The position numbers and the translations under genes are program-made. A DNA stretch of 50,701 nt from an uncultured Rhodopirellula sp. (lineage in GTDB: Bacteria > Planctomycetota > Planctomycetia > Pirellulales > Pirellulaceae). The notes beneath the pieces are model-generated. The model was not told the origin of the DNA, ran no database searches, and saw only the letters and a program-made list of their open reading frames with translations. The stretch covers positions 62,001-112,701 of the forward strand of contig CAXGAI010000013.1 in the NCBI GenBank assembly GCA_964007735.1, read 5' to 3'. Numbering within the stretch: the first letter of the stretch is position 1; the number at the start of each line of letters is the position of its first letter. Shown here in pieces: positions 41,680 to 50,701 of this stretch.

Positions 41680-43023
41680 TTGCAAAAGCACATCATAAAA
41701 AAAGGTCTGTCGTTACCAATCGAAGGGAATCCTTCTCCGACGATCAGTCGGGCCAAGTCTGTTACCCACGTCGCGTTGCTTGGGGATGATTACATTGGCA
41801 TGAAACCAACTCTGGCCGTTCAGGTTGGAGATCAGGTCAAAAAGGGACAGGTTGTCTTCGAAGACAAAAAGACTGCCGGTGTAAAATATACTGCTCCTGC
41901 TGCGGGAAACATCGTCGAGATTAATCGCGGCGCCAAGCGTAAATTTGAATCCATGGTTATTGAGGTTGCTGGTGAAGAAGAAGTTACCTTCGATTCAATT
42001 GGTGATAACTGGCATGATCTAAATCGGGATTATGTGATCAGCGTCATGGTGGACTCCGGACTATGGCCCACTTTGCGAACTCGTCCATTCGGCAAAGTGC
42101 CGGCCATTGATAGTGTTCCTTCTTCCATTTTTGTTACAGCCATCGACACCGCCCCACTAGCCGTTAATCCGGAAATTGCTGTGGCGGAGAAGAGTGAAGA
42201 ATTCCTGATGGGACTTCGAGCTTTAACCCAGTTGGCCGATAACATTCATGTCTGTGTTGGGCCCACCGTTGACGTTCCCGGCAATGGTGTTGAAGGGGTT
42301 AATTTCCATACCTTCGAAGGTCCGCATCCAGCCGGCCTGCCAGGAACCCACATTCACATGATTGATCCGGTCGGTCCTAACAAGACGGTCTGGCATATTG
42401 GGTATCAGGACGTGAGTGCGATCGGCACATTAGTTCGCACCGGCAAACTGGACTCTCAACGTTACGTTTCTATCGGCGGCTCTGCTGCGAAGGAACCTCG
42501 TTTATTACTGACATGTGCTGGAGCCAGTCTGGACGAACTGACGGAAGGGGAATTTGAAGGAGAACACGTTCGGATAATTTCCGGCAGCGTGCTATCGGGA
42601 CGAAAAGCTGAAAAACCTGTAAGCTTTCTGGGACGATACCATAATCAAATCTCTCTGTTGGAAGAAGGAGGGCATCGCGACTTCCTCGGTTGGCAGAAGC
42701 CTGGATTCGATCAATTCAGTGTCACGCGAGCTTTCGCATCGGCTCTGAACCCTGCTAAGTCGTTTGCAATGACTACTTCCAAAGGTGGTAGTAAGCGAGC
42801 GATGGTACCAATCGGTTCCTACGAAAAAGTAATGCCTCTTGATATGCTGGCCACTCAATTGCTTCGAGCATTGATTGTTGGAGATACCGAGCAGGCACAA
42901 CTTCTCGGCTGCCTAGAACTAGCAGAAGAGGATCTAGCCCTCTGTACATTTGTTTGCCCTGGCAAATACGAATACGGCCCGATCCTCAGAAGCAATCTGA
43001 CGACCATTGAAGCCGAGGGCTAA
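41680..43023 (+). CDS. nqrA: Na+-translocating NADH:quinone oxidoreductase subunit A
   Basis: [75 protein letters not shown] start. Confidence 0.95.
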   Translation: MQKHIIKKGLSLPIEGNPSPTISRAKSVTHVALLGDDYIGMKPTLAVQVGDQVKKGQVVFEDKKTAGVKYTAPAAGNIVEINRGAKRKFESMVIEVAGEEEVTFDSIGDNWHDLNRDYVISVMVDSGLWPTLRTRPFGKVPAIDSVPSSIFVTAIDTAPLAVNPEIAVAEKSEEFLMGLRALTQLADNIHVCVGPTVDVPGNGVEGVNFHTFEGPHPAGLPGTHIHMIDPVGPNKTVWHIGYQDVSAIGTLVRTGKLDSQRYVSIGGSAAKEPRLLLTCAGASLDELTEGEFEGEHVRIISGSVLSGRKAEKPVSFLGRYHNQISLLEEGGHRDFLGWQKPGFDQFSVTRAFASALNPAKSFAMTTSKGGSKRAMVPIGSYEKVMPLDMLATQLLRALIVGDTEQAQLLGCLELAEEDLALCTFVCPGKYEYGPILRSNLTTIEAEG

Positions 43024-43086
43024 CTTTTACTTACCGCAGACACTTAGCTGTCTGTTTAATATTTAACTTCAACTGGATCCAGTTAA

Positions 43087-44469
43087 ATGCGTTGGTTGAG
43101 ACAACTTCTTGATTCAAAAGCCCCGCTTTTCGAAGACGGCGGAAAGTTTGAGAAGTTCTACCCGCTTTATGAAGCGGCTGATACCTTTTTCTACACGCCT
43201 GGCGAAACCACTAAAGGTGCTTCGCATGTCCGTGACGCTTTGGACCTTAAGCGAATGATGACGATGGTCGTTGTCGCTTTAGTACCTTGTGTCTTCATGG
43301 CCTGCTACAACACTGGCTATCAAGCCAATAAAGGTTACGCAGATGCCTTGGAGCGAATAGCAACCGTCACTCCAGCAGTCAATGCGGTCGTCCTGCAAGA
43401 CAGTGGAGCTGGAGCAAATAAAAAGACGCCTTTGGAGGCTAATCTCCCGGAAAAGGGAAACGCTACGAAGCTTAGCGAACTCGAACAGTCGCTTGGATGG
43501 CGTAAAATGATCGTGGGGTCACCAGATCCAAATAGTTTGCTTAGTAATCTCCTGCATGGCGCGGCTTACTTCTTTCCGGTCTACATCGTCTGTATGACAA
43601 TTGGTGGTATCTGTGAAGTCATCTTTGCGATGATCCGTGGGCACGAAGTCAATGAAGGGTTTCTGGTGACTGGATTGCTATTCCCGCTGACACTTCCTCC
43701 TTCAATTCCGCTTTGGCAGGTTGCTGTGGGGATCGCTTTTGGTGTCGTCATTGGGAAAGAAGTCTTTGGCGGGACAGGACGCAACTTCCTGAACCCTGCC
43801 TTAACAGCCCGAGCTTTTCTCTACTTTGCTTACCCTGCTCAAATCTCTGGTGATAAAGTTTGGAACGCTTTAGGAAGTGTCGACGGCATTAGTGGAGCAA
43901 CGGTGCTTGGTGATATTGCTGCATTACCGAACAAATTAGCGGGCCAGACGTTACTTGAAAACTTCGATCTTACAAGCTCCTTTTTAGGTATGACTGGTGG
44001 CTCAATGGGAGAAACATCAACGCTATGCTGTCTGATTGGAGCGTTCTGCCTGATTGCGACAGGCATCGGATCCTGGCGAATCATGGTCTCCGTTCTAGCC
44101 GGCGGATTCCTGACAGCCCTGCTGCTCAATACGGTCTCGGGTGATGAGAATGCTGCCATGTTTGCCATGACACCTGTACAACATCTCGTCGTAGGTGGCT
44201 TTGCATTCGGCCTCGTCTTCATGGCGACTGATCCTGTTTCAGCAGCAATGACAGACAATGGTAAATATTTCTACGGAGCGTTGATCGGTATTCTTGCGAT
44301 CCTAATCCGGGTAGTGAATCCTGCATATCCGGAAGGAATCATGCTGGCCATTCTTTTTGGTAACGTGTTCGCCCCGCTGATTGACTATTTTGTTGTTCAG
44401 AAAAACATTAAACGACGTACAGACCGTTGGGCCAACGATGCCTTGGCGGAGGGTTCTATCAATGAATAA
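43087..44469 (+). CDS. nqrB: Na+-NQR subunit B
   Basis: [38 protein letters not shown] site [36 protein letters not shown]. Confidence 0.96.
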   Translation: MRWLRQLLDSKAPLFEDGGKFEKFYPLYEAADTFFYTPGETTKGASHVRDALDLKRMMTMVVVALVPCVFMACYNTGYQANKGYADALERIATVTPAVNAVVLQDSGAGANKKTPLEANLPEKGNATKLSELEQSLGWRKMIVGSPDPNSLLSNLLHGAAYFFPVYIVCMTIGGICEVIFAMIRGHEVNEGFLVTGLLFPLTLPPSIPLWQVAVGIAFGVVIGKEVFGGTGRNFLNPALTARAFLYFAYPAQISGDKVWNALGSVDGISGATVLGDIAALPNKLAGQTLLENFDLTSSFLGMTGGSMGETSTLCCLIGAFCLIATGIGSWRIMVSVLAGGFLTALLLNTVSGDENAAMFAMTPVQHLVVGGFAFGLVFMATDPVSAAMTDNGKYFYGALIGILAILIRVVNPAYPEGIMLAILFGNVFAPLIDYFVVQKNIKRRTDRWANDALAEGSINE

Positions 44470-45235
44470 TCGCGATTCAGTCAAAAATACTTTCCTCGTA
44501 ATGAGTATGCTCTGCATCATCTGCTCTGTGCTTGTTTCCAGCGCAGCGGTCGGACTGAAAGGCCGGCAGGACGCGAATGCCGCCTTGGATTTGAGGAAGA
44601 ACATTCTCAGTGTTTCCGGTATCGACTATATCGATGGTGATATCGAGAAACTATTTAGTAATAATATTGAGGCTCGTTTGGTTGACCTGAACACAGGAAA
44701 CTACGTAAAGAAAACCAAATACTCAGAAATGGATGCCACCTCCTTCGACCTGAAGAAACTGAATGTGAACGAAGAAACGGACCTCAAAGGTAATGATCCT
44801 GCAGGCATCGGTGGAAAGCGTGAAAATTATGCTGTTGTTTATCTCTACCCGGAAAAAAAACAGCTTATCCTGCCAGTCCGTGGAAAAGGTCTTTGGTCTA
44901 CACTTAAAGGCTTCATTTCCGTGTCGGCTGACGACTTCACAACGCGAGGTATCACCTTTTATTCGCACGGGGAAACGCCAGGACTCGGTGGTGAAGTTGA
45001 CAACCCTGCCTGGAAGGCTCAATGGAATCAAAGCAAGCAAACGCTTGGCGACGATGGGCAGGTCATTCTGAATGTAACTAAAAGTGGCGCTGCCGGACCA
45101 AATGATATCGATGGATTGGCCGGAGCGACAATTACGACTCAAGGAGTCGATAAACTGATTAAGTACTGGCTCGGCAGTGAAGGATTTGGGCTATATCTCA
45201 AATCCGGCGATAAATTCACCGAAGCCTCAAACTAA
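44462..45235 (+). CDS. nqrC: Na+-NQR subunit C (start ATG 44462, overlapping the nqrB stop)
   Basis: [54 protein letters not shown]. Confidence 0.93.
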   Translation: MNNRDSVKNTFLVMSMLCIICSVLVSSAAVGLKGRQDANAALDLRKNILSVSGIDYIDGDIEKLFSNNIEARLVDLNTGNYVKKTKYSEMDATSFDLKKLNVNEETDLKGNDPAGIGGKRENYAVVYLYPEKKQLILPVRGKGLWSTLKGFISVSADDFTTRGITFYSHGETPGLGGEVDNPAWKAQWNQSKQTLGDDGQVILNVTKSGAAGPNDIDGLAGATITTQGVDKLIKYWLGSEGFGLYLKSGDKFTEASN

Positions 45236-45282
45236 AACAATAACAACCTTCGTTGGTTATTTAGGAAAAAGGAAACTGAAGT

Positions 45283-45894
45283 ATGGCTGAACCAAAAGCC
45301 AAAGACGTACTTCTTGATCCTGTATTCAAGAACAACCCTATTGCGCTGCAAATTCTTGGCATTTGTTCAGCTTTGGCGGTTACCACCAAACTCGACACCT
45401 CTTTAACTATGTGTGTGGCGGTGATTTTTGTAGTTGCGTTTTCAAATCTGGCAGTTAGCTTGATTCGAAACTATATTCCCTCCAGTGTTCGAATCATCGT
45501 CCAGATGACGGTCATTGCATCTCTCGTGATCCTTGTAGATCAAGTTCTCAAAGCCTATGCCTTTGATGTGGCTAAACAGATGTCCGTCTTCGTGGGACTG
45601 ATCATTACCAACTGTATCGTCATGGGACGAGCTGAGGGTTTTGCCATGAAGAATCGCCCGATGGTTAGTTTCCTTGACGGTATTGGAAACGGTCTTGGCT
45701 ATAGCTTTATCCTTCTCACCGTTGGATTCTTTCGTGAATTATTTGGTAGTGGCAAAATCTTTGGTCTGGAAGTGATGCCAGCTTCGTATCAGAACAACGG
45801 CTTAATGCTCTTGGCACCCAGTGCCTTTTTCCTGATTGGAATCATTATTTGGATAATTCGCACCTTCCGACCTGAACAGATTGAGGAAGCCTAA
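45283..45894 (+). CDS. nqrD: Na+-NQR subunit D
   Basis: [48 protein letters not shown]. Confidence 0.96.
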   Translation: MAEPKAKDVLLDPVFKNNPIALQILGICSALAVTTKLDTSLTMCVAVIFVVAFSNLAVSLIRNYIPSSVRIIVQMTVIASLVILVDQVLKAYAFDVAKQMSVFVGLIITNCIVMGRAEGFAMKNRPMVSFLDGIGNGLGYSFILLTVGFFRELFGSGKIFGLEVMPASYQNNGLMLLAPSAFFLIGIIIWIIRTFRPEQIEEA

Positions 45895-45896
45895 AC

Positions 45897-46505
45897 ATGT
45901 CAGAACATCTAAGTATTATTATAAAATCGATCTTTATCGAGAATCTGGCGCTCTCTTTCTTTCTGGGAATGTGCACGTTTTTGGCGGTATCCAAAAATGT
46001 AAAAACTGCTCTCGGACTCGGGGTTGCCGTGATTGTCATACAGGCTATTACTGTCCCTGCTAATAACCTCATCTATCAGTACTTGCTAGAAGAAGGAGCC
46101 CTAAGTTGGGCTGGTGTAGAAGATTCAAATCTAGAGTTTCTCGGACTCATTAGCTATATCGGAGTCATTGCAGCGATGGTGCAAATTCTTGAGATGACCC
46201 TCGATAAGTACTTCCCACCTCTCTACAACGCGTTGGGGATCTTCCTGCCGCTTATTACCGTGAACTGCGCCATCCTTGGTGGTTCGCTTTTCATGGTGGA
46301 ACGTGAATACACCTTTATTGAAAGTGTTGAATTCGGGATTGGCAGTGGAGTCGGCTGGGCTCTGGCAATTGCTGCTTTGGCTGGTATTCGGGAAAAACTG
46401 AAATATAGCGATGTACCCCACGGCCTACGTGGGTTAGGTATCACTTTTATTATTGTCGGTCTGATGGCAATGGCCTTTATGGCGTTTGGCGGCATTCAAC
46501 TGTAA
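45897..46505 (+). CDS. nqrE: Na+-NQR subunit E
   Basis: [60 protein letters not shown]. Confidence 0.96.
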   Translation: MSEHLSIIIKSIFIENLALSFFLGMCTFLAVSKNVKTALGLGVAVIVIQAITVPANNLIYQYLLEEGALSWAGVEDSNLEFLGLISYIGVIAAMVQILEMTLDKYFPPLYNALGIFLPLITVNCAILGGSLFMVEREYTFIESVEFGIGSGVGWALAIAALAGIREKLKYSDVPHGLRGLGITFIIVGLMAMAFMAFGGIQL

Positions 46506-46573
46506 CAGACAACCCTTTTTCAACACAACAAACCAAATATCACCTTTACCTATCAGGTTGAAGATTTATCACA

Positions 46574-47803
46574 ATGGATACGAACACGATATTTCTTGGC
46601 GTTTTTATGTTCACCGCAGTAATGCTTGCACTCGTGGCAATCATCCTCATCGCCAAAAGCAAACTAGTCGCTTCCGGCCCGGTCAAAATCCTGATTAACG
46701 ACCAAAAGGAAATTGAAATTCCGGCTGGTGGCAAGCTGTTAGGCGCTTTGGCAGATAACAGTATCTTTGTTTCATCAGCCTGCGGTGGTGGCGGTACATG
46801 TGCTCAGTGTCGTGTCGTCATTCACGAAGGTGGTGGTGACATCTTAGCAACCGAGAAAAGTCACATCTCGAAGCGTGAGGCTTGTGAAGGGCATCGCCTT
46901 TCCTGTCAGGTAGCAGTGAAACAGGACATGAAAATCGAAGTCCCACCGGAAGTCTTCGAGACCAAAAAATGGGAATGCACTGTACGCTCTAACAATAACG
47001 TAGCGACCTTTATCAAAGAACTGGTACTGGAACTGCCAGCAGGTGAAGAAGTTGGCTTTAAATCAGGTGGTTATATTCAAATCGAATGTCCTCCGCACGT
47101 CGTTCACTACAAAGATTTTGACATCGAAGAAGAATATCGCGAAGACTGGGACAAGTTCGATGTCTGGCGATATACCTCCACCGTCACAGAACCTGTAATA
47201 CGCGCCTACTCCATGGCCAACTATCCGGGGGAAAAGGGAATCATCATGCTCAACGTACGTGTTGCTTCTCCACATCCACGTGCACCTGAAGGTACACCTC
47301 CCGGCCAAATGTCGTCTTATATCTTTAATCTAAAGCCCGGTGACAAAGTAACGATCTCCGGACCCTATGGTGAATTTTTCATTCAAGACACTCCGTCTGA
47401 AATGGTATATATCGGTGGCGGAGCAGGTATGGCACCCCTGCGAAGTCATATCTTCGAATTATTCAAAGAACGGCAAACTGACCGTAAAGTATCCTACTGG
47501 TACGGTGGCCGAAGCACTCGTGAATTATTCTATCTAGACGAATTCGAAGAATTAAAACAGAAATTCGAAAACTTCGATTACCATATCGCCTTATCAGACC
47601 CTGTTCCAGAAGATAATTGGACAGGTCATGAAGGGTTCATTCATCAGATCCTGTTGGACGAGTATCTGTCGAAGCATCCCAATCCCGAAGATGTTGAATA
47701 CTATATCTGTGGACCGCCGATGATGCTATCTGCAGTGCGCAATATGCTGGATGACTTAGGAGTCGAGCCTGAAAATGTTATGTATGACGACTTTGGTGGC
47801 TAA
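46574..47803 (+). CDS. nqrF: Na+-NQR subunit F
   Basis: [2Fe-2S] [10 protein letters not shown]...[31 protein letters not shown]-terminal DDFGG. Confidence 0.97.
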   Translation: MDTNTIFLGVFMFTAVMLALVAIILIAKSKLVASGPVKILINDQKEIEIPAGGKLLGALADNSIFVSSACGGGGTCAQCRVVIHEGGGDILATEKSHISKREACEGHRLSCQVAVKQDMKIEVPPEVFETKKWECTVRSNNNVATFIKELVLELPAGEEVGFKSGGYIQIECPPHVVHYKDFDIEEEYREDWDKFDVWRYTSTVTEPVIRAYSMANYPGEKGIIMLNVRVASPHPRAPEGTPPGQMSSYIFNLKPGDKVTISGPYGEFFIQDTPSEMVYIGGGAGMAPLRSHIFELFKERQTDRKVSYWYGGRSTRELFYLDEFEELKQKFENFDYHIALSDPVPEDNWTGHEGFIHQILLDEYLSKHPNPEDVEYYICGPPMMLSAVRNMLDDLGVEPENVMYDDFGG

Positions 47804-47837
47804 CTTCCAGAGACTTGCCAAAGCCAGGTTGCGGTAA

Positions 47838-48902
47838 ATGAAATCCAATTCCCCGATCGTTAAATTTACACTGGTTCTGTTCGTCCTGTTCTTTATCTTG
47901 TGGTGTTTCCGCAATACAGATCCCCTCATTCCCACCACGACCCCTGTGTTGGAACTACGAGGGCGGACAATGGGCACTACCTACAAAGTGGTACTGGCAA
48001 ATCGTGAGCTAGAGCGATCCCCGGAAGCCTTACAACGACAAATAAATAAACGACTGCGGGAAATCAATCAGGTCATGTCGACCTATCTTGAGGATTCTGA
48101 ACTCTCTCGATTTAATCAGTCAACTTCCACGGACTGGATCGCCGTCTCAGATGAATTGCTCCAATTAGTTCAGCGTGCCCAGAGCATTAGCAAGGCTACC
48201 AACGGCGCATTCGACATTACCGTAGGGCCTGCAGTGAATCTATGGCAATTCGGCCCTCGAGATATCTCACAAGAAAGGACGCTCCCCGCTGACAGGGAGA
48301 TTCAGTTAGTTCAAGCTAAGATCGGCTACCAGCATTTACATATAGATCACGAACGCAAATCCTTACGCAAAGACCTTCCTGAGCTTTATGTTGATTTGTC
48401 TGCGATTGCCAAGGGTTACGCTGTCGACGAAATCGTAGCGCTCCTGAAACAATACCCGATCGACAATGGTTGCATGGTGGAGATTGGTGGGGAAATTGGA
48501 ACGTATGGCCGTCGGGCCGACGGAACTCCCTGGCGTATCGGAATTCAGGATCCCGACGCGGCGGCCGGTGTTTTATCAGCCACCATCAATCTCTCAGCAC
48601 AGTCAATGGCGACATCCGGCGACTACTTCAATTTCTTTGAAGTGGATGGAATACGATATTCACACACAATTAATCCTGTCACAGCGAAGCCGGTGACACA
48701 CAAGTTAACAAGTACCGTAGTTATCGCAAAAAACTGTGCTGAAGCTGACGCATGGGCAACTGCCCTCTTGGTGCTAGGACCGGTTCAGGCCTATGATATA
48801 GCTAAGCAGCATGATTTAGCCGTTATGCTGTTTGAACGAACCGATTCAGGTATCACCTCTCAACGAACGCCAAACTTTGAAGAAAGGGTAGTGAAAGATT
48901 AA
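47838..48902 (+). CDS. apbE: FAD:protein FMN transferase
   Basis: G.TMGTTY, MSTY..DSELSRFN, GAFDITVGP, DLSAIAKGYAVD, EIGGE, ATSGDY, YSHTINP, ADAWATAL. Confidence 0.95.
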   Translation: MKSNSPIVKFTLVLFVLFFILWCFRNTDPLIPTTTPVLELRGRTMGTTYKVVLANRELERSPEALQRQINKRLREINQVMSTYLEDSELSRFNQSTSTDWIAVSDELLQLVQRAQSISKATNGAFDITVGPAVNLWQFGPRDISQERTLPADREIQLVQAKIGYQHLHIDHERKSLRKDLPELYVDLSAIAKGYAVDEIVALLKQYPIDNGCMVEIGGEIGTYGRRADGTPWRIGIQDPDAAAGVLSATINLSAQSMATSGDYFNFFEVDGIRYSHTINPVTAKPVTHKLTSTVVIAKNCAEADAWATALLVLGPVQAYDIAKQHDLAVMLFERTDSGITSQRTPNFEERVVKD

Positions 48903-48907
48903 TTACG

Positions 48908-49120
48908 ATGTCTTTTTTTGAACTATTTTTAATCTCATGTGGCGTCTTTGGTGGAGTCTTCCTGGCCATGGCCGTAGGTGTCATTTTCAGTAATCGACAG
49001 ATTAAAGGAAGTTGCGGAGGGCTGGCAGGGATGCTAGATGAAAACGGTAAGTCCCTATGTGATTCGTGTTCGACCCCAGTGGAAGAGTGTGAGGACTTCA
49101 TGCAACAACAGTGTGATTAA
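48908..49120 (+). CDS. nqrM: Na+-NQR maturation factor NqrM
   Basis: TM helix, MAVGVI....IKGSCGGL, then C..C......C; directly after apbE. Confidence 0.88.
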   Translation: MSFFELFLISCGVFGGVFLAMAVGVIFSNRQIKGSCGGLAGMLDENGKSLCDSCSTPVEECEDFMQQQCD

Positions 49121-49402
49121 AAAAGAGAACACGTCCCTGTTCGCCATCTTCCGAAGGATGAAGGCTCCTCAGTTCACTAAAGCCTAAGGGTTTTAGAAAG
49201 AACGCATTCTCTGATTCGTAATAAAACCGCAAACCAAACTTTGTACAACTTTTTGAAAACTTCAAAATACAACAGCGGAATATCATTACCAACCAAACGA
49301 CATTTTAGAAACAACTTAAGCGTCATCAATTATTTTGTGGTTACGACTGCCATTTACTGACAACTCCGATTCCCATAAGCCAAAGATAAATCAGGAAACA
49401 CC

Positions 49403-50491
49403 ATGACTCAGGAATTAACACTCACCGCTGTACAAGATGTTCTTTCGGGATTCATTGATCCGGAAACTGGTCGTGACATTGTCACCATGGAACAGGTTAG
49501 CAATATTCAAGTTGATGGCGGCAGTTTGGTATGCGATTTCGGCCTGTCTACCCACAGTGCTCCAATCTGGGAAAGCAAGCGAGCAGAATTTGAACAATAT
49601 CTGCGCGCCAATCTCGAGGGTCTTACCGATCTGTCAGTGAACCATGTCATTCACGAACGCCCTGCCCCACCCGTCGGGGAATTCGGTCTAACCGTAAAAA
49701 GCGTTATTGCTGTCGGGTCAGGTAAGGGAGGTGTTGGTAAGAGCACCATCGCAGCAAGCCTAGCACTTGGTCTACAGGCTGCCGGATCGAAAGTGGGTAT
49801 TATGGACGCTGATGTGTACGGTCCAAGTATTCCACAGTTGCTGGGTGTCAATAACGCGGGTAATCCAACTGTCAATGAAAACAAGAAAATAGTCCCCGTA
49901 GATGCTAACGGAATCCCTGTTCTTTCGATGGGCTTTATGGTGCCGGAAGGTGAAGCAGTTATTTGGCGCGGACCAATGCTTCATGGTGCTATCACACAGT
50001 TTCTACGCGATGCCGCATGGGGCGATTTAGATTATCTGATTATTGATATGCCGCCAGGGACGGGAGACATCGCATTGACGCTGTCTCAGGTCATTCCGCT
50101 CACAGGAGCGGTCGTTGTTTGTACTCCGCAACGAGTCGCCTTACTGGATGCTGTTAAATCCATCGCTATGTTTCGTAAAGTAAACATTCCTGTACTGGGG
50201 ATGGTAGAAAACATGAGTGGTTTTATCTGTCCTGACAACAATAAACGCTATGATATTTTTGGCAGTGGTGGCGCAAAGAAAAGTGCTGCTGAACTGAATG
50301 TACCATTCCTGGGTGAAGTACCGATTACACTCAGCATTCGTGAACATGGGGACGCCGGTACCACGAATCAAAACCTCGAAGACCCTGAATCCTCCGCATC
50401 CTTACGAACGATCGTGGAAACACTCGTCGCCAATATGGCCGGTAGTGCGGAACAGGAACCGCCACAACCCCAACTACCGGTCCTAGGCTAG
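49403..50491 (+). CDS. mrp: Mrp/ApbC/NBP35 Fe-S cluster carrier ATPase with N-terminal DUF59-like domain
   Basis: IDPETGRDIV, SGKGGVGKST, DADVYGPSIP, WRGPM, WG.LDYL.IDMPPGTGD, TPQ, GMVENMS. Confidence 0.93.
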   Translation: MTQELTLTAVQDVLSGFIDPETGRDIVTMEQVSNIQVDGGSLVCDFGLSTHSAPIWESKRAEFEQYLRANLEGLTDLSVNHVIHERPAPPVGEFGLTVKSVIAVGSGKGGVGKSTIAASLALGLQAAGSKVGIMDADVYGPSIPQLLGVNNAGNPTVNENKKIVPVDANGIPVLSMGFMVPEGEAVIWRGPMLHGAITQFLRDAAWGDLDYLIIDMPPGTGDIALTLSQVIPLTGAVVVCTPQRVALLDAVKSIAMFRKVNIPVLGMVENMSGFICPDNNKRYDIFGSGGAKKSAAELNVPFLGEVPITLSIREHGDAGTTNQNLEDPESSASLRTIVETLVANMAGSAEQEPPQPQLPVLG

Positions 50492-50530
50492 ATCAATTTT
50501 ACGTAGATCTCTGGCTCGGCTGAGCGCATA

Positions 50531-50571
50531 AAAAAACACGCTTCCAACACTAATCTGGAAGCGTGTTTTTT
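50531..50571. terminator. Bidirectional rho-independent terminator
   Basis: AAAAAACACGCTTCCA-N9-TGGAAGCGTGTTTTTT between convergent genes. Confidence 0.88.
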
Positions 50572-50588
50572 GTTTCAGAATTAAAAAC

Positions 50589-50701
50589 TTATCTCTTCTT
50601 ACGACGAGTAGTTTTCTTCTTAGCAGCCTTGCGTTTAGGAGCAGCTTTCTTCTTAGCTACCTTCTTCTTAGCTACCTTCTTCTTAGCTACCTTCTTCTTA
50701 G
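50589..50701 (-). CDS. C-terminus of a Lys/Ala-rich histone H1-like protein (5' end beyond the window)
   Basis: Minus strand reads ...KKKV AKKKV AKKKV AKKKA APKRKAAKKKTTRRKKR*, stop TAA at 50589-91, followed by the terminator. Confidence 0.8.
   Translation of the reverse strand, partial: KKKVAKKKVAKKKVAKKKAAPKRKAAKKKTTRRKKR
50647..50701 (-). repeat. Perfect 15-bp tandem repeat (at least 3.7 units) encoding AKKKV
   Basis: TTCTTCTTAGCTACC at 50647, 50662, 50677 and partially at 50692. Confidence 0.95.

Noticed and set aside
44381..44461. Upstream TTG start for nqrC
   Set aside because: Would overlap nqrB by 89 nt; ATG 44462 has a GGAGG RBS and the usual NqrC N-terminus.
45239..45261. Bulged hairpin between nqrC and nqrD as a terminator
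   Set aside because: AT-rich, weak stem inside an operon whose downstream genes are needed stoichiometrically.

Overview
Gene-dense chromosomal window of a planctomycete (probably a marine Pirellulales-like lineage; inferred from the very long SecA, PQQ-like propeller protein, fused GldF-GldG/DUF4340 ABC system, eukaryote-type UDP-GlcNAc pyrophosphorylase and Na+-NQR). It is mostly core and housekeeping DNA: nadB, a Gld-like ABC system, an orphan PaaK-like/PLP enzyme/DUF971/MFS cluster, 5-oxoprolinase, prc, phnP-like MBL, GH43, secA-waaA-metK, sugar-nucleotide enzymes, yqgF, a tandem HtrA-like protease, an SDR-MBL-M20 cluster, nqrABCDEF-apbE-nqrM and mrp. I saw no tRNA/rRNA, CRISPR array, IS or prophage, and no single clearly new multi-gene system. 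The best leads are: (i) a perfect 21-bp-arm palindrome with a Rex/CRP-type core upstream of nqrA; (ii) a stand-alone small secreted protein whose mature part is about one third aromatic residues; (iii) SecA with an inserted small beta domain and a five-fold repeated wing-domain motif; (iv) a double HtrA whose second protease module lacks His/Ser and is split by a PDZ domain; (v) the orphan CoA-ligase plus Cys-less 'desulfurase' cluster; (vi) an H1-like AKKKV-repeat protein at the right edge, absent from the ORF track. All product calls come from motif recognition by eye, without database searches.
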